A stretch of DNA of 63,760 nt, counting the filler, from Ministeria vibrans ATCC 50519 (lineage: Eukaryota; Protista; Filasterea), in assembly GCA_943704425.1 (NCBI GenBank). It is 5 parts of 5 records of this genome, joined end to end, with 100 filler letters (N's around TTAATTAATTAA, not from the genome) between each part and the next. Parts side by side here need not be neighbours in the genome. Positions count along the whole stretch, not along the records: positions 1 to 23,124 come from CALSCP010000678.1; 4 more parts are not named here. One strand, given 5' to 3'. Under the pieces are notes generated by a model that worked only from the letters and a program-made list of their open reading frames with translations, searched no databases and had not been told where the DNA came from. Below, piece after piece: positions 9,599-21,264 of the stretch. Positions within the stretch are counted from its first letter, which is position 1. The number at the start of each line of letters is the position of its first letter. The position numbers and the translations under genes were made by a program.

Positions 9599-12500
9599 TC
9601 ACGAGCGCAGGGCCACTCCCAAGATGAGCTCACGTCCAAGCCGACGAGACACCCAGCGCACAATTTGAACGCGCACCGTCGCGGCATCAATGACACGCAC
9701 AATGCAAAGCCAGTAGCGCTCGCCCAGTCGCAGCGCACACTCAATCTCCTGTGCAGAAATGGGAAACATGTTTTTGTTCGCCTGCGTCGTTGTCTTCACC
9801 TCGACACAGACTTCGCTGTCGTCAGGACCGTCGTTGGTGTGAACCTTCAGATCAAAGGGCTCGCCCGTCTCACTCTCAGCATTGAGCCACGTCACGCGGG
9901 CATGCACCGTCGCCAGACAGCGCTGTGCATACTGCTCACCCCACCGGCCCAACTGCGCTGTCCCGTCGCAGAGACGCATCACCATCGCATCAGACTCAAG
10001 CATCGGCTCAAACGCGCCGCCACTTGGCGAAAGGTCCTCAAGATACTCCTCCATACTCTCCATGGGTGCGCTGGCCACATCCAGCCAGAACGACGATGCT
10101 CGATGCTGATCGGAACGATCCGTAGCTCGAGAAGACGACGACGAGGACGACGCAACCATTGGGAGCGACTCCGCCGCGCCGAGGTGCACACTATTTGGTC
10201 CACCCGTCGTTTTTGTTGTAGAGATAACATCTCCTTCGACAACAGGTACAACAGAGGATCCGCCTTCTTCAACGGGCGATTGGCTTGCATTCCGCTCAAG
10301 ATCGAAACCTTTGCTTGGCTCTGCGTTCCCGTTCGTTGTCACTGGCAGCGAAGGAGTACGACTTGCGTCGCCGCCAGTCGAGAGACCGGTACCCTCTGCA
10401 CCGCCGCCGCCACCACCACCACCACTGTCACTACCAACAGGACCTCTGCCACCTCTTTCAGCACCATCAGGCGCACCATCCACACCTACCCCGCCTATCG
10501 CGTACTGAAACCCTGTTGGGGGTGCCTGACCTAAGGCTTCGCCCTCCTTGCGCACCTCTCGCATGCGCTGCACCTGCAACACCAAGAGCGTGCTTGACAC
10601 ATCCTCATCACCATCAGCGTCGTCCGTGGTGGGTCTCGCCCGAGAGGAGCTCGGCAGACAAGTGTCCTTTGCAAGAAGAAGCGACGCCAGCTGCGCATCG
10701 AGCTCCGCCTTTTCGCTCGCGTCTTGCGTTTCCTTTTCGCTCTTAAACACCGCCAGTCGTTTGCTGGCCACACGCTGGTCACCCAACTCTGGATACAGCT
10801 CGTCAAGCAGGTAGTTGCGCAATTGGCAAACCCGCTCAGTCGTGTCCAAGGATGCTCGCACAAACACCTTCTGCGACGTAATATCCAACATCACGTTGCG
10901 CGCGCGCAGGACAAGCGGAGGAAAGCGCTCGCGCGTCTCGTCGTCACTGCCAAGCAGTAAAACCTCGTCAATTGCGGCACATGCGACAACGGCCAGCCCA
11001 TCCAAGGTCAACCGTGCGCTGGGCAGCTCAGTCGTGAGTCGAACCAACATCCCCATCAACGCCGCAACTTCCCTAGTCGCACTCACATCCACACATGCAC
11101 CACTCGTGCGCGCCTGAATCACCATAGAGCCAGCCAGCGGTCGCACACAAAGTTTCTCTTCAAGGAATCTGCTCAAGATCTTGTCCTTGTTTTGAACAAG
11201 CACGTCGCGATGAAATATCCGCACGGTGTGCTGCTCGAGCAACGTCAAGTCCAACTGCTCGGCCACGCACTCCGCCTCGCTCTTGGTCATGCCGGCAATT
11301 TCTTTTTGCATCAGCGTGACAAGATCAATGCGCACGTTATCCTCTCGCGAATAAAAATCAACGTCGCGCAAGGTCCGCCACATGAGATCTCCCTTTCCAA
11401 ACGTCGGCAAAATAGCCTCCCGAGCGAGACGCTCGCGTAACGATCGCCACTCTGGCCGGTCTGCCACGGTTGGTTGTGTCTCGCCGTCGCCATCGCTGTC
11501 GGGTTCATCAAGCAAAAAGACACAGTCACGCTGGGCACGCGAGTCGGAGAAGTCCCAGTTGCACAGAATGCGACAGACAGCCGTGAGTGCCTCTGCTTCG
11601 CTCAGTTCACCAGTTTGAAGTGCACTCACCGCAATATTCGCCAGTCGCACGTATTGGGCCACTGACGGACCGTCGGGTACGCCCAGAGACCCAAACAGTT
11701 GACTCGCAACATTGCCATAGTAGAACTTCAAAGAGCGCACGCGAAAGCCATTGACACGCAGTGTCTCAAGAAGGCGATCGCTGACTCCGGACGATTCCGC
11801 ATCAATAACGCCACTCATGTCGTGGCAGACACACTCCACAGGCGTCACAAAGGAGCCGGTAAGCATTCCAGTGGGTGCAACTCGACGCCCTGATTTGAAA
11901 GTGCCTCCTGGCCTGGCGGGGACAACCATCTCAGGATGGTTGGGCACAAATATACAGCGCCGCAATGCAACGAGACTCACAGCATCGTCGGGTGATGGGC
12001 TGTTGCGGCATGCCTCGCCTAATGCCTTGTAGAAAGTACACAAGGCCGCAATAGAAGGTGCACGGAAGGTATCGTGTCGGGCAAGCCACGCGTCAGCGAG
12101 GCTCAACAGCGACTCCACTGTGGCCTGGCGCGACGCCACTTGAAGCAGCACTGCTACGAGTGGGTCAGGACAGGGCTCACCCAGGTCCACGCCAAATGGC
12201 CGCACAGCATCGGCCGCAGAGCTGTCGGAGAGGATGAGATGGCGTGGGGCACACGCAAGAGGGGGGTACCAAGGCGCCGTCTGCAGGCGCGCGGAAAATA
12301 CCGAAGGCACCTTAGCTGCGGCAGGACATGACTCTGCGTCAGTGTCGCTGTCCATGGACCGCACACAAATCACAGCATGGGCACACTTGCGCTTGGTCGA
12401 TTCGTCCAGATGCTGCGAGAGACAATTGAGAAAGACATCGCCGTGACGTGCCGCCACTGAGGTCGAGAGTAAACCCTCGAGATCGGCCGGCACGCCATAA

Positions 12501-15500
12501 TCGTCAATGGTCACGTGCCAGACGGTAGGGGCGGCTTCTTTCTCGCGGTCGTCAAGGCGCAGTAGCTGGAGCACGGCGTCGTGGACCTCAGTCGACACGT
12601 TGGCATATCGCAAAGTGTGAGAAAGTTTAGCGACACCAAGTGCACAGTCGAGTTCAAGCTCTGTGCAGCGTGTCTCTGGCTGGGGAAAGGCAGTCACTCC
12701 CAAATGGTGAAACAACGTGTGCCAGAGTGAAAAATCTGCGTCGTTCTGGTTAGGCACATAGAGCGAGGACACACATGTCCAGTAGGGTGCCCACGTTGCA
12801 ACACCATAGCAGTCTTTCTGGGTCTCAAAAAGCGCGGGGAAGTGCAGGGCAGTTGGAGCCACCGAAAGCGATGTGCACTCACCGTCACTATCGACCAGCT
12901 GCGCGCCGGCTGCCTTCATCTCGTGCGCTAGCACCTGCAAGTCAATGGTGGCACAGCTGGTGACAGCAAATCGAAGCATTCCAACGAGAGTGGCGGAACC
13001 GAGCGACGGATGCGCCATGGCTGGAACGACGTGCTCGAGCACAAAGCGATCGGTTTTGAGCGACACCAGACCCAGACGACGCATCAGACGCATGGCGTCG
13101 GGACGCGTCGCAGCAGCACGGCGGAAGTGGGGATGCAAGAGAGACACGGCACCTTGGCGCAGGCGGAGCACTTCCTGGACAGCACTTGACACGGACGTCT
13201 CATTGGTGTGCAGGCCAACATCTTCGTAGACTCTTCCGGCCTGCGTGAAAGAGATCAGTCTGTCGGTGGCAAGGGGCACAAAGGATACAGAGCGCAGCTG
13301 CTGTTCAATGCGATGCAGCGACGACACGTTGCACTGCACAATGCGCTCGAGCATCCACACCAATAGAACACATGCGTCCGTCTCGTCGCTCTCCTCCAAG
13401 CACGCCTTACTGATGTATGGCAGCAGCGGAATCAGGAGAGTCTCGTCGACCTGTCGCACACCCAACGCCTTTGCAGTTTCAAGCGGAACGGCGATTCCTG
13501 ATCGCACAAAAGACAGTTTCAAATGGTGCTCCACCACCCGCTCGAGCGCATTCGCAATGCGTTTCTCAAGGTGCGGCACACGTAGCACACTTTGCGCGGG
13601 CTTCACGTAGACCTCGCGCGCAATGGGCACGCAGGCAACCTGGCGGAGCTGCGCATATATTTCTTGTGCTGTGGATGCAAAAAACTCGGTCAGCTGGCCA
13701 ACGGGAGCGGGCAGACTGGCGAAGAACACATTCATGGGATCGTCCAGGAGAGGCGTCTCTTCCTCCGTCGTCTCACATACCACTCCCTCGCGCTTTTTTA
13801 CATAGTCATCTTCGCCCTCTTCGTCCTCGCTGCTCTCATCACTCTCGTCCAGCACCAGCTGCACCGCTCGTCTCTCTATCTGCTTGCGCTGTGCCACACG
13901 CTCATCGAAAGCAAGCTGGCGCTCAACAAATGCAGCGCAGGCTGCCTCCACCGCACATGGTATCTTCTCACGCAGCCACTGGTTCCAGGGAGACCCCGAG
14001 TCGACAGCCTCGCGCGATGACGGCACTTGAAAGTCCCCCTGAACAATAAAGGCAAATCCATAGTCGCGCAGAGGAAGAAACGCAAAGACAGGCTGCGGAT
14101 GGACGTCGGCCAAGCGGATGGGAAAGGCCAAAACAAGCTCGGTCTCAAGTACACCGTCGCGCAGACCGTCGGGCGGCGTAAGCGGAAGTACCACAGTTAA
14201 CCACGACTGCACATTGGTGCGAGTGACCACCATAGACGCGTTGCCTTCGTCGTTGTCTGCAACCAGAGTGCGCTCTTCAATGTGGCGGAGTTGGCCGTCC
14301 GTCTCATCGCGACGAGTCATTTCCCGTCGAGTTCCCTCAAACTCGTCGACAATGACGAGTCGGCGCAAACGGTGAAGGAAGAGCAAAAGAGAGGTGTCGA
14401 TTTCGCTTAGTCGCTGCTTCAGTTCACACACAATAGCCTCGCGTGTGGTGTGAGCCGGTGTCATGTCGAGTGGCAGCTCAATGCGCGTAAAAGAGGCATC
14501 CGGATCCCAGCCAGGCGGGCTGGCTATGGGCTCCGGCAGTATGTAGCCAAGCCCGTGCGGCGCATCGGCATTGAACTCAAAGTGAAACTGTCGCGAATGA
14601 ATGCGCGGGCGCGACGAGACACGAAAGACCGACTTGAAGCCAATACCTTTGTTGCCGGTGTAGCCGGCCGCATTGCGCGCCTTCGTACTCTGGGCAATGT
14701 TGCAGAGCGCACGCACGTGCATCTCGGAGAAGCCCACCTCGTTGTTGGCAAAGACGACGGCGTCGTGGCCCAAACAGATGTCAAGTGAGGGCACGTCGCG
14801 CAGCCTTGCGTCGTAGTGGTTGTCATCGGCATTCTGAACCAGTTCAAAGACGAAGTGGATGTCCGTGGCATACAGCTCGGCTGCGAGGTTGCGAACAGAC
14901 CGCATGGTGAGAAGGCGCAGCGCCTTGAGCTGCTCACGCCCTTGTTCGTCCAGCTGCTCCTCAAGACCAGTGCCCAGACGCAGTGCAATCGCGGAGCACA
15001 CATCGCTGCACGACACATGCGAACGCAGTGCAGGCAAGGAAACCGTCGCTGGGGTGTCAGAGTCGATGGAGGATGTGGGTGCAATATTGATGGCAGTGGT
15101 GAGCGGAGAAGTGCTTGGAGCAGGTGTCAGGGTAGACTGCTGGGTAATCGAGAGCTTTGTCGGCAACGCATGCGATGGGCGTGCGCGTGTATTCAGCTGC
15201 GGCTCGGCATTGAACAGTTGTTCGACGTGAAGCCACTCAGGGACACGAAAATGGCCAGTGGCAGCCGCAAAGAGAGCCACACGCTCGTGCGTCGTGAGCG
15301 CGTTCTCGCCGATAAGCACAGCGACTGCACGACGCAGAGCAGCGTCTGTGGCAAGCGGCTGGATAAAGATGGGCACGATCAGCGTGTTGAAGAGCGTCGG
15401 TGATGAAGATGGGAGCGCGGAGGCAGCGTCGAGAAGTGTGGCGGCAAACTGAGTCTTGTCTTGGGACGGTGTCGCGCGGTGAAGAGGTACGGAAGGACGG

Positions 15501-18500
15501 AACATTTCCACAGCAGACGTAGTGGAGTGATGAACGGTAGCAGTGGCGACGACAATGGCGCATGCCTGGCGACCCTGGCGGTGCTTCAGAGCCTGCTCAA
15601 AGTCAACCAAAGTACACACGGATGGGGCCGGAAGGCGCACGAGCACAGTGCGCGATGATAGCCACGCCAGAGACACTCCACGATGGCCCATCAGCTCGCC
15701 CCGTTCAAACTCCACAAAGTCGGCGAGCGAGCAAGACAAAGTTGCGGCGTATTTTGTCGACCATGAGAGCAGGACATCCAGATCGACCAGGACAGGGGCG
15801 TGTTGAAGGGCATCCAGTGCCTGTGAGCGAAGCGTATCCCGTGTCTGTGCATCGTCAGCAGCGACCGCCGCATGCATATGAGATGATTGTTCACAAGAGT
15901 CCATAAAGCGGTCCATGTCAAGCACACACGAGTCTGCGCTAGAGCCAGAGACATTTGACGAAGCAGGGTGTCCTGTGGCGTGCAAATTTTGAGGGGTGCC
16001 CAGGTCTTCGAGTGTGGTGTAGAGCAGCGTGGCAGTCGAAACGGCGCCAACAATCTCATCACGGGACTGGAGAAGCAGCGAAAAAAGCGAGCCGACGTTG
16101 AGTGCGGCAAAGGATGTACATGAGAACTCGTGCACGACAGTCTCTTCGAGGCGCAGAAGGAGCGCAAGCGGACTGAGCGAGGAAGCATCTGATGCATCAA
16201 GGAGGGAGCAGAGCGCCGAAATAACACTGTCAAGCACGGCTGCACGGGTGGTACTGGCCAGTGTCTGCGTCATATCGATAGCGGAAGAAGTCACGTCTGC
16301 CGTGGGCGACGACGAGAGTCCCTGTGCGGCCGCACCAGCAGATGCTGTCGAGAGTAGACAAGTATCAAACGCAGATTTGAGGCGCGGGTGGGACGCCGCA
16401 AAGTCAACAAAAGAGCACGGGAGATCGGCGGTCACGTGCAGGCCAAGACGCTGCAGGAAGAGACTCTCGAGCAGCGTGAGGTTGTCAAGTGGAGAACGGT
16501 TGGACCAGTCAAGTGAGGAGCGCACAGCGTCAATGAGGTCGCTCTCAAGCTGCGTCGAGAGCCCCCCAAAGCAGAGCGAGTGTGCGTGTGCGAGCGCATC
16601 GGCATCGCGGCGCACGCTCGCCTGGTGGAGTCGATACATGTGCAGCGCATAGCGGACCAAAGCACTCAAATCGAGTGAGCGCAGCAGTTGAACGGGACGA
16701 AAGAGAGGAGAGCCCTTGGGAATGGTGGCCATCGCCGGCTGCGCCTTAGTGAGCGTCTCGAGCTCACGCTCCACCGTTACTCGGTCGATGGGCGCAAAGG
16801 TAAGGTGCTTCACAACTTGTTGTACAATCCGCTCCTTGGCCAGTAGCGCATCGGACTTGCCTGCTGAGTTGTTGTATTGCTCTTCTTCGTCGCTGCTGCT
16901 CTCTTCTTCCAGGTCGCGTTCCGCTTCACTGTTTCCATACTTGCCCGCTCCGCCCTTTCGCTTCCTGCGAGCAACACGTTTGTCGCCAGAAAGCGCAGTC
17001 TCGCCTCGATCGTCGCCGAGAAGAGCAGCCTCGGCCATAAGCTGTCGAGTGCTATTGTCAATGCTGCGGAAGAGCGAGACAAGTTCCAAATGGTCGTGTT
17101 CTGCATCGTCGTTGAGGCGCTGGGCCGCAGCCTCCGTCGACAGATAGGCAGACGTGAGACGAGCGCTCCTAATAAAGGCATTGGCACACTCGTCTCGAGC
17201 CCTCACTGCAACGGCGATGGAACGCATGCGGACGGCGCGCTCGTCAAAGTGAATGCCCCAGGAGCTGAGCAGACGCGCCGGGTCGGACAGGTCGGCGGAC
17301 GAGTCGCGGGAGAGAATAAACTTGAGGATACAGTCGATGAAGGGGATGCCGTAAGGGAGCTCAGGGGTGGACCGGAAGGCGCCTGTGTCGCGCTGGGTCT
17401 CGAGGAACTCCCAAAGGTCGCGGGAGAGGACGGGTGGGATGTCGTCGTCCGTGGAAATGGAAGGGGCGAGATCGAGAGCAAAGATGCGGCGCACGGACGG
17501 GTGGTTGACGAGTTGGCCAAAACCAAGATCGCAGACACGCGTAACGTTGGCGTCGCGGAAAAAATTGAGGTTGAGAATGGTGGCCTGGAGGCTGTGGAGG
17601 GTGCCAAGGGGAACAAAGTTGGAGAAGGTAAAGACGGTCGTGTTAATTGCATTGAACTGGTTGAGGAAGCTGTTGTGGATGCGATGGCAGAGGAGGCCGG
17701 GATAGTGCGCGCGAGAGGCGCGCAGTTGTCGGATGACACTGGTGAAGATAGGCTTTTGGGCAAAGGGCACTTTGGAGAAGGAGAGAGTTTGACGGAGGAG
17801 GTGTCGGGCCTCGCGACTGGCAGCGACGTCTATATCAGAGTCGGTATCGCTCGCAGACGCCCTGGACACCGAGCGTGTCTGCGGTGGTGTTGCGGGGTCT
17901 GGATGTGCAGAAGGTTGAGGGAAGGCTCGCTGAAGGGGTAGTAGAGGAGGGCCGGGCGCTGCACTCTCTGGTGCACGAAAATGTTTGGCAGCGATGTCGT
18001 CTGGATGTGATTGAGGGGTGGATGCTGCACTCTGAGGTAGGCTGGAAGGTGTGGCAGCAAGAATGTCTGACGGTAGTGTGGAAGTGGGTGCTGCGCTCTG
18101 CGGTGCACTGGGAGGTGTGGCAACAAGGAACTCTGACGGTAGTGTAGGAGTGGGTGCTGCACTCTGCGATGCACTGGGAGCTGCGGCAGCAAGAATGTCT
18201 GACGGTGGTGTGGGAGCGGATGCTGCTCTCTGCAATGCACTGGGAGCTGCGGCAGCAAGGATGTCTGACGGTAGTGTAGAAGTGGGTGCTGCACTCTGCG
18301 GTGCACTGGGAGGTGTGGCACCAAGGATGTCTGACGGTGGTGTGGGAGTGGGTGCTGCGCTCTGCGGTGCACTGGGAGGTGTGGCTGCAAGGATGTTTGA
18401 CGGCGGTGTGGAAGCGGATGCTGCACTCTGCAATGCACTGGGAGGTGTGGCAGCAAGAATGTCTGACGGTGGTGTGGGAGTGGGTGCTGCGCTCTGCGGT

Positions 18501-19900
18501 GCACTGGGAAGTGTGGCAACAAGGAACTCTGACGGTAGTGTAGGAGTGGGTGCTGCGCTCTGCGATGCACTGAGAGCTGCGGCAGCAAGGATGTCTGACG
18601 GTAGTGTAGAGGTGGGTGCTGCACTCTGCGATGCACTGGAAGCTGCGGCAGCAAGAATGTCTGACGGTAGTGTAGAGGTGGGTGCTGCGCTCTGTGATGC
18701 ACTGGGAGGTGTGGCAGGGGCAGCAAGATAAGTTTGTTGTTGTTGCTGCTGCTGCTGTTGTTGTTGTTTTGCCTTCGTCGTCTTTGACAAAGGGCTCTGC
18801 TTGGCCGGTTGAGATCGGGCGACAGGGATGGGGGAGGGCAAGGCCTTGGGAGTGGCGATGGTGTTGCGAGCTCCTGTCTGCTTCGAAGGCTTGGCCTTCT
18901 CCTTCTTCTTCGGCGTTGGCGGGGTTGTCGAGGTCAAAGGCCGTTGTTGTGAAGTGGAGACTACCGTGCGACTGGGCTGAGCCGATGCGGCTGGCTTAGC
19001 TCCGTTGGGCTGTAGAGGCTGAGGTTTGAGCGTCGAAGGGATTAATTGTTGTTGGTGGGGCTTGCCAGGCTGCGGTGTGGCAGCATGCACAGCAACGCGA
19101 GCAAGACTAAGCTGAGGCGCAAAGTGGGGCTTGGCGGCGGGAGACGTAGGTGGCGTCGAGACGGGAGTACGGGTTGGCGTCTGGCTCTGCGACGTGGCCT
19201 TCTTCGAAGCCTTCTTCTGCGACGATGGGGCGGTCCGAATCGCCGCAGAAGACGCTGGAGTTGCAACAGATGGCACAGCCTGAGCCACGCGCTTCTCTGC
19301 CTTTGTTTGGGGCGGTACGGGTGGTTTGGCGACAGAAACAGCGTTTGTTGTCGTCGTCGAAGCGACATTCGCCGCTTTCGCCTTCTTCCTCTGCTTCTTC
19401 TTCGTAGCCGCGTCGGTGACTTGAGGCAGGCCCTTTACGAGTGCTGCTGGAGTCACTAGAGATCTTGATTGGGGCGAAGAAGAGGCAGGAAGGACAACTT
19501 TTGCGGCGGCGGCTCCTTTTGCTTTTGCTGTGGTCGATAAGAAATGCGGAGTTGACAGCGCGACCGCCATCGTGCGCGCTTTTCCAGAGGAAGCCATAGG
19601 CGTCACAACAGATGCTGTGCTGGCGGAGGGTGCGGCTGGTGCGCTGCCTGTGACGTGCGGAGTTTGGTGACGCGATGTTTCAGTTTTCACAGCCGATGGA
19701 GGCGTCCCGAGTGGTGTAGGACGCGTAGGAGACAAGCCCACGCCGGGTGCTGGCAATGAGACGGGCGCAGAGGCGGGAGTGGTCCGATGAGAGGCGTCAG
19801 CGCTTGGCGGAGTTGATTTTAGTGCTGCTGCTCGCAGCTTTTTAGCTTGCCGTCGCGATAGAGTTGTGGGCCCCGGCAAGCATTCAGAAGGAGTGGACAT
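9599..19900 (-). CDS. NO VEIN (NOV)-like protein, 3433 aa: disordered N-terminus, sacsin-type GHKL ATPase, C-terminal DUF3883 nuclease-like domain
   Basis: LYATDIHFVFELVQNADDN, NNEVGF, STK, GNKGIGFKSVF, FAFLPL..YGF.F.VQGDF..PSSRE; C-terminal GRWGE...PFDL...VEVKTT...FPISAQE. Single uninterrupted ORF. Confidence 0.88.
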   Translation of the reverse strand: MSTPSECLPGPTTLSRRQAKKLRAAALKSTPPSADASHRTTPASAPVSLPAPGVGLSPTRPTPLGTPPSAVKTETSRHQTPHVTGSAPAAPSASTASVVTPMASSGKARTMAVALSTPHFLSTTAKAKGAAAAKVVLPASSSPQSRSLVTPAALVKGLPQVTDAATKKKQRKKAKAANVASTTTTNAVSVAKPPVPPQTKAEKRVAQAVPSVATPASSAAIRTAPSSQKKASKKATSQSQTPTRTPVSTPPTSPAAKPHFAPQLSLARVAVHAATPQPGKPHQQQLIPSTLKPQPLQPNGAKPAASAQPSRTVVSTSQQRPLTSTTPPTPKKKEKAKPSKQTGARNTIATPKALPSPIPVARSQPAKQSPLSKTTKAKQQQQQQQQQQQTYLAAPATPPSASQSAAPTSTLPSDILAAAASSASQSAAPTSTLPSDILAAAALSASQSAAPTPTLPSEFLVATLPSAPQSAAPTPTPPSDILAATPPSALQSAASASTPPSNILAATPPSAPQSAAPTPTPPSDILGATPPSAPQSAAPTSTLPSDILAAAAPSALQRAASAPTPPSDILAAAAPSASQSAAPTPTLPSEFLVATPPSAPQSAAPTSTLPSDILAATPSSLPQSAASTPQSHPDDIAAKHFRAPESAAPGPPLLPLQRAFPQPSAHPDPATPPQTRSVSRASASDTDSDIDVAASREARHLLRQTLSFSKVPFAQKPIFTSVIRQLRASRAHYPGLLCHRIHNSFLNQFNAINTTVFTFSNFVPLGTLHSLQATILNLNFFRDANVTRVCDLGFGQLVNHPSVRRIFALDLAPSISTDDDIPPVLSRDLWEFLETQRDTGAFRSTPELPYGIPFIDCILKFILSRDSSADLSDPARLLSSWGIHFDERAVRMRSIAVAVRARDECANAFIRSARLTSAYLSTEAAAQRLNDDAEHDHLELVSLFRSIDNSTRQLMAEAALLGDDRGETALSGDKRVARRKRKGGAGKYGNSEAERDLEEESSSDEEEQYNNSAGKSDALLAKERIVQQVVKHLTFAPIDRVTVERELETLTKAQPAMATIPKGSPLFRPVQLLRSLDLSALVRYALHMYRLHQASVRRDADALAHAHSLCFGGLSTQLESDLIDAVRSSLDWSNRSPLDNLTLLESLFLQRLGLHVTADLPCSFVDFAASHPRLKSAFDTCLLSTASAGAAAQGLSSSPTADVTSSAIDMTQTLASTTRAAVLDSVISALCSLLDASDASSLSPLALLLRLEETVVHEFSCTSFAALNVGSLFSLLLQSRDEIVGAVSTATLLYTTLEDLGTPQNLHATGHPASSNVSGSSADSCVLDMDRFMDSCEQSSHMHAAVAADDAQTRDTLRSQALDALQHAPVLVDLDVLLSWSTKYAATLSCSLADFVEFERGELMGHRGVSLAWLSSRTVLVRLPAPSVCTLVDFEQALKHRQGRQACAIVVATATVHHSTTSAVEMFRPSVPLHRATPSQDKTQFAATLLDAASALPSSSPTLFNTLIVPIFIQPLATDAALRRAVAVLIGENALTTHERVALFAAATGHFRVPEWLHVEQLFNAEPQLNTRARPSHALPTKLSITQQSTLTPAPSTSPLTTAINIAPTSSIDSDTPATVSLPALRSHVSCSDVCSAIALRLGTGLEEQLDEQGREQLKALRLLTMRSVRNLAAELYATDIHFVFELVQNADDNHYDARLRDVPSLDICLGHDAVVFANNEVGFSEMHVRALCNIAQSTKARNAAGYTGNKGIGFKSVFRVSSRPRIHSRQFHFEFNADAPHGLGYILPEPIASPPGWDPDASFTRIELPLDMTPAHTTREAIVCELKQRLSEIDTSLLLFLHRLRRLVIVDEFEGTRREMTRRDETDGQLRHIEERTLVADNDEGNASMVVTRTNVQSWLTVVLPLTPPDGLRDGVLETELVLAFPIRLADVHPQPVFAFLPLRDYGFAFIVQGDFQVPSSREAVDSGSPWNQWLREKIPCAVEAACAAFVERQLAFDERVAQRKQIERRAVQLVLDESDESSEDEEGEDDYVKKREGVVCETTEEETPLLDDPMNVFFASLPAPVGQLTEFFASTAQEIYAQLRQVACVPIAREVYVKPAQSVLRVPHLEKRIANALERVVEHHLKLSFVRSGIAVPLETAKALGVRQVDETLLIPLLPYISKACLEESDETDACVLLVWMLERIVQCNVSSLHRIEQQLRSVSFVPLATDRLISFTQAGRVYEDVGLHTNETSVSSAVQEVLRLRQGAVSLLHPHFRRAAATRPDAMRLMRRLGLVSLKTDRFVLEHVVPAMAHPSLGSATLVGMLRFAVTSCATIDLQVLAHEMKAAGAQLVDSDGECTSLSVAPTALHFPALFETQKDCYGVATWAPYWTCVSSLYVPNQNDADFSLWHTLFHHLGVTAFPQPETRCTELELDCALGVAKLSHTLRYANVSTEVHDAVLQLLRLDDREKEAAPTVWHVTIDDYGVPADLEGLLSTSVAARHGDVFLNCLSQHLDESTKRKCAHAVICVRSMDSDTDAESCPAAAKVPSVFSARLQTAPWYPPLACAPRHLILSDSSAADAVRPFGVDLGEPCPDPLVAVLLQVASRQATVESLLSLADAWLARHDTFRAPSIAALCTFYKALGEACRNSPSPDDAVSLVALRRCIFVPNHPEMVVPARPGGTFKSGRRVAPTGMLTGSFVTPVECVCHDMSGVIDAESSGVSDRLLETLRVNGFRVRSLKFYYGNVASQLFGSLGVPDGPSVAQYVRLANIAVSALQTGELSEAEALTAVCRILCNWDFSDSRAQRDCVFLLDEPDSDGDGETQPTVADRPEWRSLRERLAREAILPTFGKGDLMWRTLRDVDFYSREDNVRIDLVTLMQKEIAGMTKSEAECVAEQLDLTLLEQHTVRIFHRDVLVQNKDKILSRFLEEKLCVRPLAGSMVIQARTSGACVDVSATREVAALMGMLVRLTTELPSARLTLDGLAVVACAAIDEVLLLGSDDETRERFPPLVLRARNVMLDITSQKVFVRASLDTTERVCQLRNYLLDELYPELGDQRVASKRLAVFKSEKETQDASEKAELDAQLASLLLAKDTCLPSSSRARPTTDDADGDEDVSSTLLVLQVQRMREVRKEGEALGQAPPTGFQYAIGGVGVDGAPDGAERGGRGPVGSDSGGGGGGGGAEGTGLSTGGDASRTPSLPVTTNGNAEPSKGFDLERNASQSPVEEGGSSVVPVVEGDVISTTKTTGGPNSVHLGAAESLPMVASSSSSSSRATDRSDQHRASSFWLDVASAPMESMEEYLEDLSPSGGAFEPMLESDAMVMRLCDGTAQLGRWGEQYAQRCLATVHARVTWLNAESETGEPFDLKVHTNDGPDDSEVCVEVKTTTQANKNMFPISAQEIECALRLGERYWLCIVRVIDAATVRVQIVRWVSRRLGRELILGVALRS
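18030..18716 (-). repeat. 66-bp coding tandem repeat (~10 copies) within the NOV-like ORF
   Basis: 22-aa unit of the type PSAPQSAAPTSTLPSDILAATP repeated in frame. Confidence 0.9.
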
Positions 19901-20488
19901 ATACGAATAATACGATGCTTTATACTAATAATTAAAAAATTGTGAAAAAAAATCGAAAAATATTTTAATACGACGTAATTAAATAATTAATTAATAATTA
20001 TTATTAATGATTAATGAGAATCGACAGACGAGGGCTGTTTGTGTGAAGAAGAAGAAGACATTTCCAATTATTTATTATGAAAATAATTCATAAAAACAAT
20101 AATAACAATAAATTTATTATTATTATTATTTTATTATTATTTTTGCAAACTAGTAACCTACTAACTACTTCCGCCAAATAGATACTTTAAGGGGTTTCAC
20201 CCAGCCTGTTTTTTTTTGTTCACTGAGTACTGACGATCACCAAGTCAGCAATGAACAGTCCGACCAGAACGAAACCAGAACTCGCGAGATATGCAAAAGC
20301 CGTGTATGAAATATATGAGTCCACAATACTGTAATGCAGTTTTATCGTCACTTTAGATATCTCACCAACTCAGTCAATAGAAGAACACGAAAAGTTCAAA
20401 AAACAGTCCGAATCAGTCTCCAACAGTCATTCACTCATTCTCACTATTTAGAAACTTACCACCAACTAAGACTACAAAGAAGAACACA

Positions 20489-21030
<542 letters not shown>

Positions 21031-21264
21031 AAGAAGAAGAAGAAAATTCGAAGAAAGACAGAGAAGGATGATAATGCACACTATTTTATACTAATAGCGC
21101 GGCAAAAAACCTGCGAGAAAGTCCTATATTTCGAAATGAGCTGAAGGTCTTTTTTGAGACGACGTTAAACGTTTATTCGAACAGTTGTCGATGTGTTCCT
21201 TAAAACCTAAACATAGATGATCATCTAAGTAGGAGCAGTACATACACAATCAGGATAAGCTTAC

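Noticed and set aside
9665-18731. Long antisense and alternate-frame ORFs over GC-rich genes (also 52495-53571, 53910-55310, 50934-51770)
   Set aside because: They are shadows of GC-rich coding sequence and tandem repeats, with no domain signatures.
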